Source: Setoptus koraiensis | Lineage: Eukaryota; Animalia; Arthropoda | Direction of reading: 5' to 3' | Assembly: GCA_048013815.1 (NCBI GenBank) | Contig: CM106585.1 | Coordinates: 24,118,001-24,182,000 of the forward strand | DNA: 64,000 nucleotides | Part shown: positions 1-14,735 of the stretch, in pieces | Layout: each line of letters starts with the position of its first letter | Numbering within the stretch: the first letter of the stretch is position 1 | Program-made: the position numbers and the translations under genes | Notes under the pieces: model-generated | Seen by the model: the letters and a program-made list of their open reading frames with translations, nothing else | The model's database searches: none | What the model was told of the DNA's origin: nothing

Positions 1-3000
1 GATTCACAGCGCCAAATTCGCTATATAAATCACTGGTTTGATTTGGCTGCGGATATTTTTCTTGGATAAATTGACACAAATGATGCAATAAAGAATGCTT
101 ATGTACGGTGTCTTTCACTTCGGGCACTTTAGACAAATAATCTATTTGGAAGCCCTTGGCGTCGCTTGAATTGAGAAAATTTCCAATGGCCAATAGTGTG
201 CCCAATACTATTCTAAATGTTTCAGATTTTTCAATCTCATCAATGGCCTGTTTGAGATCCATCAATGGTTCGGCTACCTCTTTCTCAATGGTGACATAAT
301 CCAATTGGAAGGCCCACAATTTAAGTCTGGCCTCGAGAGCACTAATAGAGGCCAAATTCAACAGAAATTGTTCAGCAGTACCCAATGGCGTGTCCGGATT
401 GGCCAATTGTGCCTCGATAATTCGCGATTTTTCCTCTTCGGTGGGCATCATTGTAGTCAAGATCTTTTCAATACCTTCGCGATTCATTATCGTCGAATCC
501 ATTTTGAGGATGGCACTTTTTATGGTTCGCATTGGCGGTAATTTAGTCATGCCAATATTGATGGCATTAGAGCGTTTTGCGTCCAACACCGTTATTTCAA
601 TCTTTTTAACGCCACCCAAACCGTCCTGGCCGCGTCCCTTGCTCAACAGCAACAAATCCTTTGCTTTCGATTCAAACAATTGCTCCAATTTAACTGTGTC
701 TATTGGGGCCGGTTTGATTTCGTCCCAAATAGTTCCACGACGTTTTGTTAATCTGGCCAACAGTGATTTGTCCTCTTTCACTTCTTTCCAAAACAATTTC
801 ATTGTCTTTTTGCTCTTGTTTCCATATTTGGATGACAGTGTTAGTGAATTAGTCGAATTGGAAAAATATAAGCTCGACATTGAGCTAGCGGAGCGCATGC
901 CGCCCGTCGAGCAGCCATTGGTGCCAAATATGACGCCATTGTTGGCTTTTGTCGCCAACCCATTTGGCACCATAGTGTTGTAAAGACAAACAGAATTTCT
1001 GTGATTATTATAATTAATATTGGCCCGTCCGCTGTCGCAAGCCGGCGGTGGCGACGGAGGCGGAATAGGTGCGGGTGTAGAGCACGGCGTCGTGTCATTG
1101 GGTAAGCCCGACAATGACATTGTGTCGTTGTCATATGGCGGCGACGGACTTAGCAAACAATTTTGCTGCGATGATCTGTGATGATGGTGACTAGATGAAT
1201 GATGATTATTGTTAGCACTAAAGCCACCAATTGTGTTAAACCACGACATGGATGACATTGGCGGCGGCGGCAACGGAGGCGGCGCCATTGAGCGCTGATT
1301 GAGATTTGGCGAGCCACTTCCGGTGCCACTGTCAAACGAATCTTGACTGTCTATAGATAGGCTAGATGAAGTGTGCAGAGTTTTTGGTTGTTGTTGTTGC
1401 TGTTGATTTAGTATGTTGTCATCATCATCGTCGTGAAGATCGGTAAAATCAAGATCATTTATAAGTAGTGGACGTGTGACACCTTTTTGCATTAAATTCT
1501 CCCATTTAAACAAATGATTGTGCCCTTGAGATTGTTGTTGTTGCTGCAATTGCTGATTGGGATAATTGTTTTGTTTGTTTGTTGTTGATGATTGATTCAA
1601 ATTTCTGCTGTATTCCGAATTGCCAATGATGGCATTGCTGCTGGCCGGGCGCGGTGGCAGTCTCTTGCAAACATTGTTCGCGGGTGCCACTTGTTGTTGT
1701 TGTTGTGCCTTACTGGCATTTATTTGATTGGCCAAAACAGATTGCAGAGACTTTTGCGCCAATTGTGGCTGCTGATTGTTACTAAATAGTCGCTCTTGTA
1801 TAGACTTGACCGATTTGCTATTACCATTCGCTGGCGATTGTTGAACTGCATTTTTGTCCAGTGTTGTCTTACTATTACTATTATTATTGTTATTGCTATT
1901 ATTATTACTATTACTATTATTATCATTGTTGTTACTGATAGATGATGGTTGATGCTTGGCCAATGAGCGCGCATTATTGTTGCCACTACCGTTGGTTATA
2001 ATGGTGGCCGATGTGACAATTGGGGCGCTCTTACTAGTGCCTGTTGTTGTTGAGCTACATGTGGTTGATGTTGAATTTGGTTGATTAGTTCTAACTATAA
2101 TGCTTGGTTGTCTCTGTTGCATCATTGTTGGTTTCATCCATGACGCCTCTTGTGATGATGCAACGGTGTCAGTATTGTTGTTGTTGTTGTTGGCATTGGC
2201 ATTCTTTGTGGTACCTGTATCGTTGTTATAAATATGGTCATCTGTGTTTGTTGTTGCTGCTGCTGGTTCACTGTTGTTATGACAACCATCGGCTCCATGT
2301 TGCTGTTGTTGTTGCTGCTGTTGAGTTGTGGACATCATCTCTAATGAATTAAAATGGCCACTGCTCATAGAGACACTAGGCGACGATGATGTTGTTGATA
2401 TACCGGAAGAGGTTGTCAGTCTACTGCTGGTGGACATTGTTGATGATGACGATTTAATGGTGCCAGAGCGTGAATTTGAGTCATCATTTGTCAGGCCTTG
2501 GAGTTTTCTAAATTGTCGCCTACTTCTGAGCATAGCGGCAACTCTAACATTGTCTTGATCATCGCCAACATCGTCGTCGTCATCATCATCGTCGTCATCG
2601 ACATAATCATTATTTGCGTCATCATCATCATCACCAGGTAAGAAGTCATGTTCATCATCGTTGTCATGATCATCGTGACACCCGTGAAAGGCGCCATGGT
2701 GATGCCGGTGGTGATGGTCGTCGTCATCATTGAGTTGCCTAGCAACTAGAGCATGTTCAGAGGTGTTGCCATCGTCGCTCACATGATGACGCTGCGTTAA
2801 TTGTTCAGTCAATTGATCTAATTCGGCCAAGAAATGTTGTGACGAACTGGATTCATCATCATTAGATTTGTCGTCATAATCATCATCTTGCCGCTGCTTC
2901 TGCTGCTGCCTATGGCGTATTTTGTATGTTGCAAACGGTTTCCTGTTTGTCGCTGAATTGTTTGTTGTTGTTGTTTGATTAGCGCTGATTTGATTTTGAT

Positions 3001-4380
3001 TTTGATTTATTTCGTTTGAGTCTGTCGATTCGATGCGTTTGTTGGCTTTGTTGTCTAGCTTGATCAAGCTCGTGATTGGCCTCGCTTGTTGTTGTTGCAA
3101 CGTTTGCTGTTGTTTTTGTTGCTGCCGTTGGTGGTGATGATGATGATGATTTAAATTATTGTCGGTGCTATTGCCGCTTTCGCTGACATATCCGTAGCTT
3201 GCATAGGAATCTGAGGAGGAACACGAACTAATTGAGGCCCGTTGATGGAGGCCGCGCGCCATTTGAGTGTGGCCAATTATCTGTTTGTGGCCGGGACATT
3301 TGGTTGCTATTGATGTTGATTTTGTTTCATTTTCTTCAGTGCTTGTAACATGAGAAATCAACAGTCTATCATCGTTGTTAGCAGTTGTCGTATCACAATC
3401 ATTGTTGTTGGTGTCTTTGGTGTACCGTTGCTGCTTGTTTCGTCTAGTCTGTTTTGAGCCCACTTGTGTATCGGCTAAATCCAATTGTTTGTCGTCATTT
3501 TGCATGCCTCTCGTTGTTGTTATCACATTGTTTGTCTTGATACCGCTGCCGCTATCATTCACTTGTCCATCACCTGCATCAGCGTCCAAATGCTGGCCCA
3601 CATTGCTCAGGCTTACATTTGATTTGCTCATGTTGCGCCTATGAGTGAGACAAAAATTTTGTGTTCTTTCCAACACTTTGCGTTGCCAATTAGGAATCAG
3701 GGGTCTGTTGTTTGTTGTGTCTAGCGAGCCCCTATGCTGCTTGTTTGGGCGCTCTTGTTGCTGTTGATTAGGTGATAAAATTGATGAATGACGGCGAGAT
3801 TTTCGTCTATTGGCGATTATATCTTGATTGTCGTGATTATCGCCTGTCCAATTGTTGCTGTCCAATTGGTGTTGCTCTTCGCCTTTTATAGCAAGCAAAT
3901 TAACAATTGATTTGCTTCGATTTCTCGTTGATGATATTTGATCAGTGTTTTGATGATGCAACTGTGCAGACTGGTTAGTGTTGTTGCTGTTGTTGTTGTT
4001 GTTTTGTGTTGTTTTAGATGATTGTTGATGAGACGACAATTGTTGTTGCTGTTGTTGTTCATCTTCCTCTGTTGTTGTCTCTTCGCCGTCCTCCATTCGA
4101 AGCACTTGTTCATAAGTCTTGAATTGTATGAGTAATTGTTCATCGGTTTGCGACTGACGTTTACTGAACGCTGCCTTAATCACCTCCTCCATACCTAGCT
4201 CCTCCAGTGGATCCACAAAGTCATAATAGGTGTCTTGGTCTGGTATTCCAGCTAGTGTCTTGTTAATGAGAGTCATGGCATAAATAAATAGCTCACTATC
4301 AGTGTAATTGTCGCCTGTGTCTTCCTTGACGAGATTGCTCTCTAAGAATAATTTCATTATATTAGTCCACAGTATGGCAC
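1..4380 (-). CDS. FHOD: FHOD giant exon: FH3 C-terminus, low-complexity linker, FH1, FH2 (partial, open to window edge)
   Basis: Acceptor atgcag|GT at 4380. The frame is open to base 1 on my manual translation. It encodes [38 protein letters not shown], and the FH2 motifs [38 protein letters not shown] and [25 protein letters not shown]. Confidence 0.95.
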
Positions 4381-7300
4381 CTGCATGTATTGATTGCATA
4401 TATTGATTGCATGTATTGGAGGTTACGTAATTAATTATATTAATTAGATTATTGCACAATTGATTTAGGCTTGATACATTGGTGGCTGAAGCTTAACACT
4501 GTGATTTGTGCCCACTGCAAGAATGTCGCCTGTTGAACACTTCGTTTGGTTAGAATTTGGTATGAATCGTGTGCGAAAACAATTGCAATCAATCAGCAAC
4601 TGCGATTATCAATTGCAATAAGCAAGTCACGCGCTTTACGTTAGGTAAGGGTCTTAAAGAGGATTTGCATGTTGCCTCTGATAGCTTATTAGCTGTAGCT
4701 GTAGATGTAGCTGTAGAGAAATAACTAATTTACTGCTAATCTAATTGTTTGTATGGCATCTCTAGCTCGACAACTACTGTCAATCGATGCTTGTGTGCAC
4801 TGTAGTGACATAAGTTTTATAACCTGATACATAGCACTTATCAAATAATTGTCAACTAAATATTATACAGGTACCAATGCGATTGTGCAACAACTAACAT
4901 ATCATATTAACTATATCATATGTGCTGTTAATACAAACGGGTAATCAGACTCTGTCACCTATTTGCTGTTTGTCGGTTTCATTAAACATGATACTAATAT
5001 CAATTTTCCTTTCAGTGCCTTCCGATGGCTCATGTGCCCATGAAGCTCGATGATATTTAATTATATTTATATGTATTTATATATAAACTGCGATCAACAA
5101 TAAACAGCTCGTTGTCGTTGCCAACGAACCACTGCTAATGAAGCTATCAACTGACACTGCCAATTTGATAGTATCGAACCACAGTCAACAGCAACGGCGA
5201 CAGGTTGTTGTGAATATGGTGACATTACACACTTTACAGCGGAGGTAAATTAGTTTATGACCTATGCCTAGTATCATGGATGAAAGGGCAATAATGCATT
5301 GTCTGTGTGTGAGCTTTATTTTGCATCGGTAGCCATGGCAATTTGACTGGTGGTTGCCATCAGTAACCACAAGCTACAATTTGTTTAATTGTTTACACAC
5401 AAAATTGTTGTCAATCAATCAATCGGCAAACAAAATGCAAAATTGTAATCAAATCAGTGCCAAATCCAATGGCACGACTCAACGTTGATTAAACTAAAAT
5501 GGTCGCTGGTTAAATCATGATGCAATTGATTGATAACAACAACATTAGCATCGTGTCAACATTACAAACAGCTGACTTGTGAATATAACGGTGTTGACTT
5601 TGCTGCCCGAGTGTCTAACTACGTTTTGACATGTTGACGTGTGGCTGCTCGTGACGCAACTGGCAAGGTGCCGTTCGTTGGCAAGGTAACCAACGGTTAA
5701 CAGTAACGGTGTTTGTGTGTGTGACACGCGCACCTTTCGTTTCATGAAAGGACATCCTATTTTATCTCTATTTATGCTCTCTATTTATGCTCTCGGTTAT
5801 GTAAGTGTGTTAATATATAAATATACTGCAAAAGTTATACAATTGTGTCAAAATGAGTGATTATGAAATGAATAAAAGATTTGAAATTAAATGAATCAAG
5901 TTTAAAAGAAGTTTTGCTTTTGTCTGTTATTATCGCATAGTTTGCTGTTAATGCTGTACGCTAGCCACACCTGTTATCTATTGTCTTATGCGCGGACAAT
6001 TCAATGAGCACACGAGCCACTAACCAGCTAAACGAAGACACTATCTATAGGCAATCTATAGCTGCAAGTGGTTGCATAACTCGATAAGCTCTCTATCATG
6101 TGTTGACCTTGCTATCGCTATAGCAACAATTGTTGGACAACGGGATCACTATCTCGCTTTTACTATGAGACTTATAGCTCTTTCTCGCATTGCGGCCCGT
6201 TATTGCGGCCCGTTATTGCGGCCCGTTATTGCGGCCCGTTATTGCGGCCCGTCGTACCGTCGCCTGGCTATCATTTACCATACAAGTGGGGCACACTTAT
6301 TAGAATTGTGTTCATTAGAATGTTGTTGTTTATCGCTGACCACTCGCAGCGTAATATAAATACCACAAAACAATCCAATTGCTTTAAACTACTGCTGTGT
6401 GTACCAATTAGCCACCTGTTAAGACACTGTCTGTGATGTCGCTGTTGTTGTTGGTGTTTTTGTTTTTGTAGTTGTTGTTCTAGTTATACATACACATCCA
6501 GATAATATATATATTTATATTAAAAGCTATATATGAAAGCTGGGAAAGACACACAGACAGGCCAGCTAAACAACAATTAATCTAATACCAATTTGCATGA
6601 TGATTGATTTGAATCTGATCACTTTGTGGGCCAGACAACAACAACAACACAATAGCGGATAGAACCACATCTTTGCATATTTCGTGCGTCTGCATTCAAG
6701 CCAGCGCAATTCAAGCCAGCGCAACGTTTAGATGAATTTGAGATAGAAGATTGTCGATTTGAACTTGAATAGGGCAACAGCCAGACTAAATAGACGGGCC
6801 CATTGAGGTGTATGCAACGTCTTATTTAGACAAGCAGGCGAGTTTAGACAAATGGAAGAGCAAAATAACCGCTATCAAGCTATTTATATCTGAGTGTGTG
6901 TTAGTGAACCGACAAAGTCGCAGACAAATTGTTTGGCGTCAGATGTTTCGCACCGGTCGCAACGGTGTGGTGGTCAACTCATTAGCTTGTCTCAGCACCG
7001 CTAACTAATTGTCTGACCAATCACACTTAGTGAGCTGGTTAAACGACGGCAGTGGCTGAGATTGAAGTGGTTCTGTTCGCAGTGAAATGAGGATTAAAAG
7101 CTGAGGGAGCTTTTTGTTTCAAGGTGACCACAAACAAAAAAGCAACAACAAACTAGATCTAGATAAATTTAGGCGAGAATGCAACACATCATTTGTCTAA
7201 CTCAAAGTGATAGTACAACCTTAATGATGATGATTGGCTCAACAACAACAATGGACAGGCCGTTGCTGTTTGAGTGCAGGCTGATTGCAAAAAATAAATC

Positions 7301-10300
7301 AAAGATATTTATAAATCACCACGATATGACTGGCTCACATAAGCGAGCCAGTCTGATTGGCATTTATACATTTATGTAATATCGCAATAAAACAAGCGCT
7401 CAACAACTATTGTATCTGCTCAAACTATGTTGTTAATAATGCTCACAAATATCCCTATCAAATAATTGCCGGTGCCCACTGGTCAACACACAATAGCCAA
7501 CACACATCAGCTGGCCATAGCCACAGCGTGTAGTGTTAATGTGTAGTATGATTGCACAGGTGAGGGCGCCCTTTACACTGATTGACTTTCATTCACAAGT
7601 TCACAAGATTCATTGAAAAACATTCATTATTCAAAATAAAATGTCAACATGACATGAGAACACCCCTGACAACTCGCTGACAGGCAAGGCGACAAGAGTG
7701 ACTGCGTGAGAATTGCAAATGTTTGCCTGTTGTTGCCGCAACACCGGCAACTACAAAACATACAACAACAACGACAACAACAACATTTATTTGTTGTTAT
7801 TTGTGTTGCGCCATGACCATCTTGTCACAATGACAAGAGCCTCTCAAATGCCATTACATAGGCCGTATGTAAATTGAATGCAATGCCAAGCGGTGTTGCC
7901 GTTAATTAATAAGAGACCAGACAATTTTTATATTTTGTCGCAATCGCAACAACAACTTGTGTGTTGTTTGTCTTATTGCACAACTTGTTGCACTTGTTTT
8001 ACTGAAATTGCTATATACACTCATAGCTGTTATATCATATAAATATATGATATATATATGTCGCTGGCTCATAATTCATGTGGTGAACTGCAATAACTTT
8101 TAGAAAGACCCAGAGAGAGAGAGAGAATTACGATGCACTCAGTCATGATTATGTGATTATAATTACCACTGAAATGGATTATTATGGTGCAAATTTAATC
8201 TTTGTCTCGCTCGTTGGATAGACAACACAACAACGAGACGATGGCGCTTATTATTTCAACGGCACACACTTCAACTGTACCCATGGACACTAAATTGATT
8301 TGTGAATGAAAATGACAACCCTAGACAAAACAAAACAACCTGTTACCCTTGTGTGTCATTCGTTGTTGTTGTTTGTGTTGACGTCTGACTGATTTACTCG
8401 CTCAACCTTAACTCTCTCTCTCTCTCACCCTTCGTTTCTGGCTTCAGACATCTGACGAAAGGTCTTGCTAAAAGATAGCCCTTAATTCAATTGTGAAACG
8501 AATGTGTTTAATTGTTTAATTTAAAAACAAAAGTAACACAAACAACACATAATATCTCGCTCTAATGATACCATGAGATACTATTAGATTGGTTCTCTCG
8601 AGAACTGATAACATTCGATGAGATGATATGAGAATTGTATATTTGAGCAACCAGCAGTTGCATGCATATCAATTTAAATATTGGCAACAGAAAACAGTAG
8701 ACATTTCTGGTATTTTCTTATGTCAATTCGTGCGCGATGGCAACACGATGGAGGAACAAAAAACATCTAATCGACTCGTAGTTATTCGCCTATTCTCGCT
8801 ACAAACAAAGATATTAATGTAAAATCATCAAAATGATTTGATTGTTCGCCTGCTTACAAGTCTTCTGTTAGTCGAATATAAGATATAGGCCGAAACAGAC
8901 TGAGTTATAACGGACAAAAAGCGGGAGATTGATTGAAGAATGAAGATTCTGACAATTGACTTACCTCGTTCCTCGTCCACTGTCCGCAATGCCTGACAAA
9001 ATAGAAGACAATTGTTGTCTGAATACTCTACAAATACCAGTAACAATTTGAGGGCCGTCTTGGCAACTAATCGATACTGTTTTTGCGTGTGCGTGCCGAG
9101 TGTGTGTTTGATGTGTGATTTGCATAAATGCAAATGTTTGTGGGATTAAAACAAGCAATATAGCGGATAGAAAGAAAAAATAAGGATATGATGGTTAATT
9201 AATCGGTTTTATTTCACATCAAGCGAATGTGGCAAGTTATTTTCTCTTTATGCATTTCATCTCATCAACAATGATTTGCAAAGATCAACAATGGTCAGAA
9301 ATTATGCAAACGTTGCACTAATGAACTAGATGCAATCAATTATTTGTTCAAAACGGTATCGTTGGACAAGATCAACGAGATCAATTGGTGATGAGGTGAT
9401 CCACAATACAGTGAGAGTGATTATAAATTATAATAATTGTTGTAGGTAGTAATGATGAACTTCCTGTTTGAAGAAGCCCACTGCATTACATGCTAGTAAG
9501 TTATTATGGTTATATCATCAACAACAATCACTAATTTAATTTATATCTATCTAATTTGTCTTTCACTCTCTTGTGTCTTTTTTTGGTCAGTTACCATTGC
9601 AAATTGCAGATCCCAAAACGCAAATCGCAAATCGCACATCGATCAGTGTGTATGGGCTTGCCTAAATGATTGATTGTAGCCGGTCTGTTATTATTACATG
9701 GGTATGTAGCATGAGACACAGTAGCAAATCGGCATCAATTTGGCGAATAAATTGCATCATCAATCAATCAATTGAAGCCACACTTGTAGCCATCATGACT
9801 TGTAGTGCATTCTGTTGTTGCGACACAACAACTCAGGTTATTATTATTATTATAACTTGTGTATCACTTTTGAATTATCTTGATAGTAATATAGTTGTTT
9901 TTGCTAATATATATTGTTGTTGTATTTACCTGAGATGCGATGAGAGTGTAAAGCCATTGTACGGTTTCATTGTGTCCTATGACGCCATTCATTCCGTCCA
10001 CGTATATCATGACTTGGCCTAAAGCTAAAGATGTTTTCAGAATGTGATTGCACGATATCATTGATTTTGGTTTATGCGATTCCATTCAATTCAATTTAAT
10101 TTGATTGTTTGATTTGCGATTTTACATTTCATGTTTGGATGTTGGCATGTTCAAACAGCCAGACATACAGACGATTGCACAAACGATTGTGATATAAAGG
10201 ACGAATGAAAATAGTAAGTGTTAGACGTGCTCACGATTTTGCAAAAATGATAAATGGGTCAGCAAGTTACGCAACGGCAGCACACTTGCAGCGACAAGCA

Positions 10301-13300
10301 ATATATATTGGTTTATAGCAACAACTAATCGTCACAAACAATTCTTGTGCAACAGCCAGCGACAGGTGTATCCACACAAGCCGCATCATCTGACAATTGG
10401 TTTGAGGCAACCAATTGTCAGATGATGCGGCTTGAGGCGGCCATTGGGCAACTTCCTGCGGTTGTACCATTGTCTGGCCAAAAGCAATTGTCGTTGCCGG
10501 TTGCAATGGTCAATTTAATCGTATACAAACAATTAAATAAACTGATTGACCAATCTATTTATACATCTATTGTTTCTACTTAATGCTGCCGTTAATGGCG
10601 TTTTTTAAGCGGCGTCATTACACTACTAGCGACACAATAATGTGTCATTCAGCAGCATATAGCACCAACTAGATCAACGCATTGTTAGTAGTTAATAGAC
10701 GGCCGCTTAGCCGTGAGGGTGAGGCCGCCAAGTTGTATTTTTGTTGTTATTTTCAGCAATTTTTGTCCACTGTTTGGCCCGTTTATTAGTTGCGCCATGC
10801 TGCTGCTGCTGCTGGATAGAGCAAACATTTTCTGTTAGGACACTTACCTCTCAGTATGTAGTTTTGATGGTTTTGATCGGCTTCTGAGCCAACCTTGATG
10901 AGACAGGCCAATCCGTCGTTTTGCACGAATTCGTGCACCAGATCTTTGTCATCCTGCTGGCAAATAAAAAAAAAATGGCAAATAAAATAAAACGATAAAT
11001 AAACGATAAATCTTCTATTGAATGGCAACTAAATGGATATAAAACTGCATTGCATGCATCATGACTCGTAGCATGACATGGTATGTGTACAGTTTGGAAA
11101 TCAAATCAACTATGTGTTGCATTGATCAAATAACAGTTACCATATTGTGTTGCATCACTCTACTTACCTGGAATATCTGCTTCAAAGAAAATAGAGCTCG
11201 GCGTAGATCGCGTCCCTCGGAATTCAGTAGTTTGTCTGTGAAAAATAGTGGTAGTGATTAAATGGAGTAAACTAATTAGTACGTTGTTGATTGGCTAGCT
11301 TTATATTGATTTGCTTGAGCGCTTTAGAATAAAATATCCAGCTCTACATGAAATATAGGCTGAACCAGTGAAATACTGTTGGCTAATCACTTGGCTTAGG
11401 TTGGATTGTTATCTCTGTTGGGCGGGTCATCGTGATGAAAGTGAAAATAACAATAATTTGTATCTCCTAGTCTAATCAGTTTGTTGCTTGTTGAGCGCCG
11501 GCTCGAATGGGCACACCATTGAGCCTTTGCTAGATGAGGCGCCTGATAAACAAGCTGCTATACAATTACACCATCTAGTGGTCGTCTCTAAGATACCATC
11601 ATATCGTGGCATGGCAAATGATTATTTCATGACGCGTTAGTCGTTCACAATCACGGCCTCAAGTGGTGAGACAATGAACAGATGAGATAAACGAGCAGTG
11701 AGCAAATGATTGAAAGTTGCTGATAAAATAAAACTTTGCAAACTTTTACCATTGTTTGTTATCAAATCAAGCAGCTGATTGAATTTTGGATACACTTGAA
11801 ATGCGCTTGTGCTCGGCACCAATGTAATTGGGCAATTGCATTGGTCAAGACAGCTCGATCTTGCCAGCCACCATATACCAATATGAGCAATAGAGCACCA
11901 TAATCAATATGGCACATTGTGTTGCAGTGATCAGCTGATTGTGAGTGAGGCTTGTAGACAGACAGATTGTTTGTGATGCTATCTACATGGGTGCTAGCAT
12001 GAGATGGTAAGCGGATACCGTTACCATTACATCATATGCAACGGATCACACCCAATGTGCGCAGGTAACGGATATCCGTGGTTATTTATATCATATGTTT
12101 TGGTTGTTCATAGCAACTTTGTAATGCTATCAATATCTGTCCAGAAACAATGGCCATATCTAAAGGTTCACACACAAACGCTAATAGTTGCAACTAGTTA
12201 TAACGACTGCAACTGTTGCGTACTGTTACGTAATAATACTGCTGTTGTACTAGCTATATGCGACTGGCAATAGCAACTATGCAACTTATGTGCTGGTTGC
12301 TAGATAGTGCACAAGTTGCATAATTAGTCTGCTCAGTGTCACCATTGACTGATATGACAAGCGGTATGACAAGATAGTACACGTATGTCATCGTGTATCG
12401 GTATTGTTGCCAACGAAGCCAAATGATCTATTAACCTGTACACAGAGCATTGTTGTTGACAGGGTTGTTGTTGCTGTTGTTGTTGTTGTTGTTGCTGCTG
12501 CTGTTGCTGTTTTGGTGGTTGCTATTGGTCAAGTTGTTGCGGTTGTTGCTGTTTGAGACATGGTGGTCGTGACAAACTAGTACAACAACAACCAATACAC
12601 GTTATCCATACACAATAATGTATGAGTATAGATGCAAATAGCATAGATATTCTAATAATAACCGTGTTGTGCTGCTATCATAATCACAATCAAAGAGCTA
12701 TCATATTGCATGATACCAGCAGCATTGTCCACAGTCTGGCAAGACAAAAGGCCCGGCTGGTCAGACAATGATGCAAGCATGGAGTTAGAGATGCACAGAG
12801 AGTTATGTAATATAAAAACAAACAACAAGCAAGCTGGACAAGAGCGCACAATACAAAACAGATATTACATAACTTATTTATGCAAATACATGTGGGCAGT
12901 TTTAATGGCGCGCAACTTTTAATAGCATACCGGCGAGTTGGCTTGTTATTGTTTGTTGTTGGCTGATATAACGGACTGTTAGCAGGCATGGCGCAACAGC
13001 AACCACACAGGAGAACGAATAGATCAATCGATCAATCAAACTGATATCGAGCCCCCCATTGGAAGCGCATCTCTCGGTACTGCGATCCTCAAGCAAGACA
13101 CTCGCAACGGCTACACCAACAACAACAGTATCAGCAACAACAGCAACAACAGCAACAACAGCAACAACAGCAACAACAGCAACAACAGCAACGACAACAA
13201 CAACAACAACAACATCAGCAACAACAACGACAACAACAGTAACAGCAACGGCAACAGCGAGCCTTTTGTGGTGCGCTCGCCACTCAACTTTATTGGTCAG

Positions 13301-14700
13301 GCGAGAAAAATAAACAAGAGTGAAAAGATATTTTTAGTTGGGGCGTTTGTCTCATGCGCGCTGTGTTGCAACGAAGCCAATTATGCCATCATGCGAATCA
13401 GCTAGACGATCTATCGTATATCGTCTCGTATATCGTATGGCGTGTCGCAGCTGACCAGGCAACATCATTAGCATGAGTGAGTGCCCCATTGAAACACTAA
13501 TTCTAATTGGACCAAAAGCAACCAATTCAACGAGCTACAACAGATTCGTTCACAAATCTGAAACGGATGCTCATTCACAAGATGAGCAATTGAGATGCGA
13601 TTAAGTCAATCGATACCATTACACTCTAATCATTAGTCTTATAGTTTTTTGTCTGTCCGTTTGTCTGTCCGTTCGTTTGTTTGCTTGTTTGTTTGTTTGG
13701 TGGTTGTTTGCTTGTTTGTATGAGCCCACGCATTTTGATAGGTGGTCAACAAACACGACACACACACACACACACACTCACTGGCCAATCACATTGGCAT
13801 CGACTTACATCTAATGAGAATTGATTATTATGCAAACAACAACAACCACTTGTTGTCGCTTGTCTAATAGGCTGTTATGTAATTATTGTCTCGCGTGCCT
13901 CGGGCTCACATTGCATGCCGTTGCAAAATATAAAGTTGGCCAATTCACTTTCGCCAACATTATATTTTGAGGCTAGTGCACATAATATATGTTATTAGTG
14001 GCTCGATAATTCGCCATAATTTCACTCTCGCTGGCCGTTGTCTACGCGAGCAGCTGATGCCCATCGTGCAGACACTGTAATGTGTATCGGCTGCATTGGT
14101 CAGCGAGCAATCGTTGTGCAATCGTTGTGCAATTGTTGTGCAATGGTTGCGCAATGGTTGCGCAATTGTTGCTTGCACCAAACACGACAAACAAACACTA
14201 AACAGCGCGAAAGTTGGGCGCCCATCGTACACTCACTTTTGCCACCAATGCACATGAGCTTATTTTGCATAACACACTCACCTGTTGGTCACATATAAGT
14301 TATATGATGCAACAACCTGAACGCACAACAACTGAGCGCATGACTCATGGGCAATTGGTCCTATGCAACATAATTGCAACTCATAACACTAGTGAATTCA
14401 TTCAATGCAAACACGGCAACAAGTGGCCGAACGATCGAAATTTCGAAACGGCAACTGCGAGCTGCACAAATCACGCTCTTCATGGTCTTGGCGTGTGATT
14501 CAACTTTAACGTTGCAAAATGCGGCCCAATGGCGAGTGAATACACTGTGTCGCCCAACCCATTGCATAGCCGCTTGTGAGCTGCATAGTTGAGCCAGCGA
14601 GCAAGCCAGAAATCAATCGATTTGGCGCGCCCGAGCAAAGAGATAAATCTAAATGATGCCTGCGCTTGCCAATGCGATCGCCAACACACAACAACATAGC

Positions 14701-14735
<35 letters not shown>

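Noticed and set aside
390-983. 197-aa + strand ORF
   Set aside because: Antisense shadow of the FHOD FH2 coding frame; no independent motif.
11160-11172. tacttacctgg resembling the 5' end of U1 snRNA
   Set aside because: It is the reverse complement of the FHOD donor CAG|gtaagta; the rest of U1 is absent.
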